Shown here: in pieces, positions 58,191 to 64,000 of the stretch
Layout: the number at the start of each line of letters is the position of its first letter
How positions within the stretch are numbered: position 1 is the stretch's first letter
Assembly (NCBI GenBank): GCA_965205095.1
Contig: OZ242040.1
Coordinates: 455,787-519,786 of the forward strand
Direction of reading: 5' to 3'
DNA: 64,000 bases
Source: Candidatus Multivorans sp.
GTDB taxonomy: Bacteria; Acidobacteriota; Thermoanaerobaculia; Multivoradales; Multivoraceae
Notes under the pieces: model-generated
The model's input: the letters and a program-made list of their open reading frames with translations, nothing else
The model's database searches: none
Told to the model about the DNA's origin: nothing
Position numbers and translations under genes: made by a program

Positions 58191-59756
58191 ATGGCGAAGG
58201 CAGGCGACGACGACCGGAAGGGCGGCAACAGCAAGCCGAAGGGACTTCTCAACCGCTTCCTGACCGCCATCGAGGTCGTCGGCAACAAGCTGCCGGACCC
58301 GGCGATCCTCTTCCTGCTGCTGCTGTTCGTGACCTGGATCGCCTCGGCGATCATGGCGCCGATTCAGTTCGCGGACGTCAACCCCGTCACCGGCGAACCC
58401 GTCCGCATCCAGAACCAGCTCACCGGCGAGGCGCTGGCGACGTTCATGGCGCGCCTCGTGACGACGTTCACCGGATTCGCGCCGCTGGGCGTCGTGCTCG
58501 TCGCGCTGCTGGGCGTCGGCGTGGCCGAGAAGACCGGCTTCATCAACACCGGCCTGCGGCTGATTCTCGGCTTCACGCCGAGGAGCCTGCTGACCCCGAT
58601 GCTGATCCTGGCCGCGATCGTCAGCCACACCGCGGCGGACGCGGGTTACGTTCTCGTCATCCCGCTTGGGGGCGTCATCTTCTACGCCGCGGGCAGGCAT
58701 CCCCTGGCGGGCATCGCGGCCGCGTTCGCCGGCGTTTCGGGCGGCTTCTCGGCGAACTTCATCCCCTCGGGGATCGACCCCCTGCTCCAGGGCTTCACGC
58801 AGTCCGCGGCCCAGATCCTGGACCCGGAGGTCCTCGTCAATCCGCTCTGCAACCTGGCGTTCACCGCGACCTCCTCCGTCCTCGTGATCGCCGTCGGCTG
58901 GTACCTGACCGACCGGGTGATCGAGCCGCGGCTCAAAGGGACCGAAATCGACGGCGATCCGGACGAGATGCCGAAGATGGAGGAGCCGAGCCGGAGGGAC
59001 CGCCTCGGTTTTCTCGCCGGCATGGCGTCGCTGGTGATAGGGCTCGTCGTGCTCCTGGTCTGGGCCTGGCCGGACACGTCGCCGCTGCGAAGCCCCGCCG
59101 GCGAACTGACCGCGTTCTCGGCGCCGCTGATGCAGATGCTGGTGCCGCTGATCTTCGTCTTCTTCCTGATCCCCGGCGTCGTCCACGGCTACGTCGCCGG
59201 CACGGTGAAGACCCACCGCGACATCGTCGACGGCATGAGCGACGCGATGCGGACGATGGCCTACTACCTGGTCATGGCGTTCTTCGCCGCCCAGTTCATC
59301 GCCGCCTTCAGCAGCTCGAACGTCGGCCTGCTCATCGCGCTCAAGGGCGCGAACTTCCTGCGCGATCTGGGATTGCCGGCGCAGGCGACCGTGGTCGGCA
59401 TCATCCTCCTGTCCGCGGTGGTCAACCTCTTCGTCGGCTCGGCCTCGGCCAAGTGGGCCGTGCTTTCCGTGATCTTCGTGCCGATGCTGATGAGCCTGGG
59501 CATCTCGCCCGAGCTGACGCAGGCCGCCTACCGGGTAGGCGACAGCGTGACGAACATCGTCACGCCGCTCATGCCCTACTTCCCGCTGGTCGTCGTGTTC
59601 TGCCAGCGCTACACGAAGAACGCCGGCATCGGCACCGTCCTGTCGCTGATGATCCCGTACGCCGTCACCCTGCTCATCACCTGGACGATCTTCCTGGTCG
59701 GCTACTGGCTGCTCGGCATTCCGCTCGGCCTCCAGGCGGGCTACACCTATCCCTGA
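58191..59756 (+). CDS. AbgT family transporter (p-aminobenzoyl-glutamate / MtrF type)
   Basis: Full-length match to AbgT family architecture (..LNRFLTAIEVVGNKLPDP.., multiple TM helices). Confidence 0.85.
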   Translation: MAKAGDDDRKGGNSKPKGLLNRFLTAIEVVGNKLPDPAILFLLLLFVTWIASAIMAPIQFADVNPVTGEPVRIQNQLTGEALATFMARLVTTFTGFAPLGVVLVALLGVGVAEKTGFINTGLRLILGFTPRSLLTPMLILAAIVSHTAADAGYVLVIPLGGVIFYAAGRHPLAGIAAAFAGVSGGFSANFIPSGIDPLLQGFTQSAAQILDPEVLVNPLCNLAFTATSSVLVIAVGWYLTDRVIEPRLKGTEIDGDPDEMPKMEEPSRRDRLGFLAGMASLVIGLVVLLVWAWPDTSPLRSPAGELTAFSAPLMQMLVPLIFVFFLIPGVVHGYVAGTVKTHRDIVDGMSDAMRTMAYYLVMAFFAAQFIAAFSSSNVGLLIALKGANFLRDLGLPAQATVVGIILLSAVVNLFVGSASAKWAVLSVIFVPMLMSLGISPELTQAAYRVGDSVTNIVTPLMPYFPLVVVFCQRYTKNAGIGTVLSLMIPYAVTLLITWTIFLVGYWLLGIPLGLQAGYTYP

Positions 59757-59775
59757 TCGATCCCTCGCACATCCC

Positions 59776-60276
59776 GTGACGAAGCACCCATCGACCCGCG
59801 CCCTCCCGATGGCCTGCGTTCTGCTGGCCGCCGTGTTCGCACCGGCCGCCGAGGCTCAGCCGACCCGGCCGATCTACCCGGTCTACGAGGGCTACGTGCC
59901 GAACGACGACGGCACCGCGGTCCTCGTCTTCGGCTACTTCAACCACAACTCGGTCGCGGTCGAGATCCCGGCGGGAGAGAAGAACGGCTTCGATCCCGGC
60001 CCGCTGGACCGGGGCCAGCCGACGGTCTTCGAACCGGGCCGCCAGCGCAACGTCTGCCTGGTCGTGCTCCCGGCCGACCACGAGGGCAACCTGAGCTGGT
60101 CCGTGACCGTGGCCGGCAACACCGGGAAGACGACGGAACGCGGCGGGATCGATACGCTCTACCTGATCGAGAACATCTCCATGGCCTACCACCTGGCAAG
60201 GCGCGTCGACACCGCCACCGCCGACCACGGCGTCTGCGTCGAGCCGGAGCCGGCCACGACCGGGAGCGAACGATGA
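59776..60276 (+). CDS. secreted hypothetical protein
   Basis: Signal peptide (ALPMACVLLAAVFAPAAEAQ). Translationally coupled (ATGA) to the downstream gene. No family recognised. Confidence 0.45.
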   Translation: MTKHPSTRALPMACVLLAAVFAPAAEAQPTRPIYPVYEGYVPNDDGTAVLVFGYFNHNSVAVEIPAGEKNGFDPGPLDRGQPTVFEPGRQRNVCLVVLPADHEGNLSWSVTVAGNTGKTTERGGIDTLYLIENISMAYHLARRVDTATADHGVCVEPEPATTGSER

Positions 60277-61640
60277 AGAACGCACTCCCCCTGTTGACTC
60301 CCGCAGCGATTCTGGCCCTCGCGTTCCTTGCCGCTCCGGCTGCCCCGCCGGCCGCGGCGGCCGACGCGGACACGCCGACGTTCAGCCGCGACATCGCGCC
60401 GATCTTCCAGCGCTCCTGCCAGCGCTGCCACCGGCCCGAGACCGCCGCGCCGATGTCTCTGATCACCTACGAGCAGATCCGGCCCTGGGCACGGTCCATC
60501 CAGCGCCGCGTCGAGTCCCGGCAGATGCCGCCCTGGCACATCGACCGGACGATCGGCGTCTACGAACCGGACCCGAGCCTGAGCGACGAGGAGATCGCCC
60601 TGGTCACGGCCTGGGTCGACGGCGGCGCCCCGCGCGGCAACCCCGCCGACCTGCCGCCGTCGATCGGGTGGCCCGACGGTGACGCCTGGGAGTACGGCGA
60701 ACCCGACCTCGTCGTCGAGATGCAGGAGGACATGGTGGTGCCGGCCGAGGGCCCCGACCTGTTCGTCAACTTCATCGCGGACACCGGCCTCACCGAGGAC
60801 CGCTACATCCGCTGGATCGAGGTCAAGCCGAGCAAGGCGGGCAGGCCGACGGTCCACCACACGATGGTCTACGCCATCCAGGACGACGCGGAGTACGTCG
60901 GGGAGGACTTCTTCGAGCGCGACGACGACCCGAACCGTCGCGACGCCGACGGCAACCCGGTCGGCTCACTGCTCATCGAGTACGCGGTCGGCAACACGGG
61001 CGACGTCTACGCCGAGAACACCGGCAAGCTGCTGATGGCCGGCGCCAGAATCCGTTTCAGCGGCCACTACCACTCACTCGGCGAGGAGATCCGCGATCGC
61101 CAGCGGGTCGGCTTCGGCTTCTACCCCAGGGGCGTCGTGCCGAAGCACCGGATCGTTTCCACCCGGCTCTTCGCCGGTTTGCCCGGCAACCGCGGCTGGC
61201 GCAACAACGAACTCTCCATCCCGCCCGGCGCCGACAACGTCCGCCACGACGGCTACCGCGTGCTCGACCGGCCGATTCAGTTGATCAGCTTCCAGGCCCA
61301 CATGCACTACCGCGGCAAGGGAATGGAACTCGAGGCGATCCACCCCGACGGCCGCCGTGAACTGCTGACCCGGATTCAGGACTACGACTTCAACTGGCAG
61401 ATCGCCTATCCCTACAAGCACCCGCCGGTCTTCCCCGCCGGCACCGTCCTGCACGTGACCTCCTACCACGACAACTCGGAGAACAACCCCTACAACCCCG
61501 ACCCCACCGCCTGGGTCGGCTGGGGCAACCGAACCGTCGACGACATGGCGATCGGCTGGACGAACTTCGTCTTCCTCACCGAGGAGGACTACGAACAGCA
61601 CACATCGGCGGCCGCAACGGGGACCGGGGCCGGCGAGTAG
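60273..61640 (+). CDS. secreted protein with an N-terminal PSCyt1-type haem-binding (CxxCH) domain and a C-terminal domain carrying Cu-monooxygenase-like HH / HxH / HxH..M motifs
   Basis: IAPIFQRSCQRCHRPE...RQMPPW..LVTAWVDGGA matches the planctomycete cytochrome-c (PSCyt1) pattern. It is followed by PTVHHTMVY, SGHYHSLGEE and QAHMHYRGKGME. Confidence 0.55.
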   Translation: MKNALPLLTPAAILALAFLAAPAAPPAAAADADTPTFSRDIAPIFQRSCQRCHRPETAAPMSLITYEQIRPWARSIQRRVESRQMPPWHIDRTIGVYEPDPSLSDEEIALVTAWVDGGAPRGNPADLPPSIGWPDGDAWEYGEPDLVVEMQEDMVVPAEGPDLFVNFIADTGLTEDRYIRWIEVKPSKAGRPTVHHTMVYAIQDDAEYVGEDFFERDDDPNRRDADGNPVGSLLIEYAVGNTGDVYAENTGKLLMAGARIRFSGHYHSLGEEIRDRQRVGFGFYPRGVVPKHRIVSTRLFAGLPGNRGWRNNELSIPPGADNVRHDGYRVLDRPIQLISFQAHMHYRGKGMELEAIHPDGRRELLTRIQDYDFNWQIAYPYKHPPVFPAGTVLHVTSYHDNSENNPYNPDPTAWVGWGNRTVDDMAIGWTNFVFLTEEDYEQHTSAAATGTGAGE

Positions 61641-61676
61641 CGGCGGCGACTGGCGGCGGATACACCCGCCCGTCTT

Positions 61677-61836
61677 GGGGCAGGAGGGGTCAGCTCCCAG
61701 ATGACGTGAGCGCTTGAGAGGAGATGGGAGGGGATGGCGCTCACTCCGCTTCACTCGCTCCGGTTGGTCGGTGGTCAGTGTGATGTCGTCGGGCGTCGCT
61801 CGTTCAGAGGCACCTGGGAGCTGACCCCTTCCTGCC
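61677..61836. repeat. about 160-bp MITE-like / structured element bounded by 24-25-bp inverted repeats (GGGGCAGGAGGGGTCAGCTCCCAG ... CTGGGAGCTGACCCCTTCCTGCCCC), with a nested 8-bp-stem hairpin
   Basis: The repeats match 24/25 with a single-nucleotide indel. An internal GTGAGCGC..GCGCTCAC hairpin is present. The element is followed by the motif CCCCGACTGGGCTGG, which is also found at 4096. Confidence 0.45.
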
Positions 61837-61870
61837 CCGACTGGGCTGGCGGTCGTTGCCGAGAGGCCGG

Positions 61871-63537
61871 CTAGCTAGTTCTCGTCCAGAAACGCTGAAG
61901 TGCTTGATTTTGCTGGGCTAAACGGGCTCGGTGTAGCTTCGATTTCACAGATCGGAGTGAGGGGGCAAGCATGCGCGCGAGACGGACGGCACAGGTTGGT
62001 CTGTTGGATTGTCCGGTCGTGGATCATCCTGCGGCGGCGATTCTGGAGCAGGTTTCGGCGTGGCTGGACGAGCACCGCGAGGTTCTGGGGTGGGTGTCTG
62101 CGGACATCGACCGCGGTGTTTCGTCGTCGGTAGGTCGCCAAGGCCTGACCTGCGAGACGATCCTGCGCTGCGCGGTGCTCAAGCACTTGTGGCAGCAGGG
62201 TTACAGGGAGTTGGCGTTCACGCTTCGGGACTCTCTGACGGCACAGCGCTTCGCCCGTCTTGGCGGCGGCCGGGCGCCTGGAAAGTCGGCGTTGCAGGCC
62301 CTGATCAGTGGGATTCGGCCGGCGACCTGGGAGCGAATCAACCGTCATCTGTTGCGGTTCGCGCACACCGAGGGGATCGAGACGGGCGCGGCGGTGCGGA
62401 TCGACAGCACGGTGACGGAGACTCACATTCTGTCGCCGGAGGACAGTCGTCTGCTGCTGGACGGGGTTCGTGTGCTGACGCGGTTGCTCAAGGAAGCGCG
62501 CAAGCACTTGGGGACGGCGGTGGTGTTTCACGACCACCGCCGTGCCTGCAAGCGGCGGGCGCTGGAGGTCCGTTCGCGGCGCGGGGCCAAGCGTCGGGCA
62601 CAGACGTATCGCCGATTGTTGAGGCTGGTCGCCCGGACGACCGGTTACGTGAAGGCGGCCAAACCGCAGGTAGGAGCCACTCAGGAGCCCTGGGCGCGAT
62701 CCTGGGAGAGTCGTGCGGAGCACTGCATGGAGCTGCTCGAGCGCGTGGTGGATCAGACCAGGCGCCGAGTGTTGCACGGCGAAACCGTGCCGGCGCCGGA
62801 GAAGGTGGCAAGCCTGTTCGAGCCCCACACGGACATCATTCGCAAGGGCGGCCGCAGGACGCACTACGGACACAAGATCAATCTGGCCACGGGCAAGAGC
62901 GGACTGGTGCTCGACGTGGTGGTCGAGAGCGGTAATCCGGCCGACAGCGAGCGCTGCCTGCCTATGCTCAAGCGCCACGTCGCGCACTACGGCTCGGCGC
63001 CGGAGCGCGCCGCTCTCGACGGCGGCTACGGCTCGAAGAGCAACCTCGAAGACGCGAAGGCCCTGGGCGTCGTCGATGTCGTCTTTCACAAGAAGGGCGG
63101 CCTCAAGGCGGACCAGATGGCCCGGTCCTCCTGGATCTACGGGCAGTTGAAACGCTTCCGAGCGGGGATCGAAGCCGGTATCTCCTACCTGAAACGCTGC
63201 TTCGGACTCGCACGCTGCAACTGGAAAGGCCTGACCCACTTCCGCGCCTACGTCCACTCGGCGGTGCTTGCTCACAACCTGATCCGGCTCGCCCGCCTGC
63301 AGCCCGGATCGACCTGACCAACCGCCGCTTCCGTCGCCCGACACCCGGTCACAAACCAACCGGAAGCTCCCCCGTGGGCGACATCTCGCGGAGGTGGCCA
63401 AACCCCGCCGACCGCCGGCGATTCACTCCCCGGCACCGCCGCTACCGCCCGAAACAGCCTCTGAAGACTCTCAACCAGCCTGCGATCTCGCCTTCCTGAA
63501 GCGCAGAAAACCGCGTTTCTGGACGAGAACTAGCTAG
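61871..63537. mobile_element. IS5-family-like insertion sequence (about 1.66 kb), with 24-bp perfect terminal inverted repeats that include or abut CTAG
   Basis: CTAGCTAGTTCTCGTCCAGAAACG at 61871-61894 and its exact reverse complement at 63514-63537. Under the alternative reading (4-bp CTAG duplication, 20-bp repeats) the element is 61875-63533. A single transposase ORF lies inside. Confidence 0.75.
61971..63317 (+). CDS. DDE transposase with an InsH-like N-terminal domain (IS5 family, or alternatively IS4 family)
   Basis: A 448-aa protein. The N-terminal region resembles the DUF772/InsH N-domain (LRCAVLKHLWQQGYRELAFTLRDSL). The C-terminal DDE region (..HKINLATG.., ..DGGYGSKSN..) is consistent. 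Confidence 0.75.
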   Translation: MRARRTAQVGLLDCPVVDHPAAAILEQVSAWLDEHREVLGWVSADIDRGVSSSVGRQGLTCETILRCAVLKHLWQQGYRELAFTLRDSLTAQRFARLGGGRAPGKSALQALISGIRPATWERINRHLLRFAHTEGIETGAAVRIDSTVTETHILSPEDSRLLLDGVRVLTRLLKEARKHLGTAVVFHDHRRACKRRALEVRSRRGAKRRAQTYRRLLRLVARTTGYVKAAKPQVGATQEPWARSWESRAEHCMELLERVVDQTRRRVLHGETVPAPEKVASLFEPHTDIIRKGGRRTHYGHKINLATGKSGLVLDVVVESGNPADSERCLPMLKRHVAHYGSAPERAALDGGYGSKSNLEDAKALGVVDVVFHKKGGLKADQMARSSWIYGQLKRFRAGIEAGISYLKRCFGLARCNWKGLTHFRAYVHSAVLAHNLIRLARLQPGST

Positions 63538-64000
63538 TCCAGATCCGATGCGGACATCAGACCGGTGCGCACGCCGCCGTCGCGCCAGGCGAAGATTAGG
63601 CGGTCGCCGACACGGGCGAGCTTGGGCACGCCGACGGCGCTTCGGCCGGCCGGCGCTGGTGCAACGGTGAGGGCTGTGCCGGTACTTCCGTCCCGGTTCA
63701 CTCGGCGGATCCGCAACTCAAGTCCGCCGAGTTCCGAGCGTTCGACCCAGCTCACCGCGGCCGTGCCGTCACTGAGGACCGCGACGCCGGCCCAGCCGCG
63801 GGGGGAACCGTCGTCGATGCGGATGGGGTCGCCGAAGCGGTTCGCCTCCGGGTTCCAGAACGCCGCCAGTACCCTGGATTCACCGCCGGCCGCGGTGAAC
63901 CAGGCGACCACCGGACCTCCGCCGCCGGATGCCAGGGCGGGGCCGTTCGTCGGACAGCCGCGGATGTGCCAACCATCGCGGTGCACCAGATCCGAACTCG
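63534..64000 (-). CDS. partial beta-propeller-like hypothetical protein (5' end outside the window); the 3' end terminates in a stop codon contributed by the IS terminus
   Basis: The ORF is open to the window edge. Its stop codon TAG is the CTAG at 63534-63537 of the IS inverted repeat. Confidence 0.4.
   Translation of the reverse strand, partial: SSDLVHRDGWHIRGCPTNGPALASGGGGPVVAWFTAAGGESRVLAAFWNPEANRFGDPIRIDDGSPRGWAGVAVLSDGTAAVSWVERSELGGLELRIRRVNRDGSTGTALTVAPAPAGRSAVGVPKLARVGDRLIFAWRDGGVRTGLMSASDLD

Noticed and set aside
61875-63401. 508-aa minus-strand ORF spanning the whole IS5-like element
   Set aside because: It is antisense to a transposase with a recognisable InsH N-domain and DDE region. 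Antisense ORFs of this kind are common in IS elements, and its product is Arg/Pro-rich.
1-64000. tRNA, rRNA or tmRNA genes
   Set aside because: No cloverleaf-compatible segments with T-loop GTTCRANYC-type motifs were found in intergenic regions on visual scan. I cannot exclude small RNAs without covariance-model searches.

Overview
The window is a 64-kb, roughly 70% GC stretch of bacterial chromosome. Domain content (many sulfatases plus a formylglycine-generating enzyme, a PSCyt1 haem domain, a tricorn protease, a TonB-dependent receptor) suggests an environmental, possibly marine, Gram-negative lineage such as Planctomycetota, Gemmatimonadota or Acidobacteriota. That taxonomic guess is weak. 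Most of the window is housekeeping and accessory metabolism.

Predicted genes, in order:
- TonB-dependent receptor C-terminal fragment, VOC-family enzyme, sugar-phosphate isomerase, and a repeat lipoprotein carrying an in-frame TGA.
- An ECF sigma factor translationally coupled to a membrane anti-sigma-like protein that has a YfbK-type vWA domain.
- A methionine-related set: metY-like, mmuM-like and an ICMT-like methyltransferase.
- A sulfatase-TPR protein, a histidine kinase and OmpR-type response regulator pair, an FKBP-type isomerase, and uppP.
- An IS1380-family insertion with a CTAG duplication directly after the uppP stop codon.
- A minus-strand operon aceB-glcF-like-gapX-gap-pyk, where gapX is a GAPDH paralog lacking the catalytic Cys and His.
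- Tricorn protease, a PQQ beta-propeller protein, a GT2-membrane fusion, a tandem double sulfatase, a Fic protein, and a heterodimeric ABC exporter pair.
- A putative SSS small subunit, an SSS symporter, MoxR, a formylglycine-generating enzyme and a CoxE-like vWA protein.
- A nucleoside hydrolase, a parvulin-like protein and HupE.
- An AbgT transporter, a PSCyt1 protein with Cu-monooxygenase-like His motifs, an IS5-like insertion, and a truncated beta-propeller gene.

The most unusual region is about 52.1-58.1 kb. It holds a roughly 1500-aa single polypeptide that fuses an N-terminal GHKL (sacsin/HSP90-like Bergerat-fold) ATPase to a C-terminal SF2 DEAH helicase. The helicase is interrupted by a 1-nt frameshift. 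It is followed by a DUF4143 AAA+ ATPase whose upstream region consists entirely of four 14-bp direct repeats at exact 23-bp spacing. A second DUF4143 ATPase paralog at 33.8 kb has an analogous 6-copy array with a different consensus and the same 23-bp phase.

A GC-rich REP/BIME-like repeat family is scattered through intergenic regions. It appears to have inserted in frame into three coding sequences: the ABC exporter linker, a loop in the GT2 membrane protein, and the nucleoside hydrolase leader.
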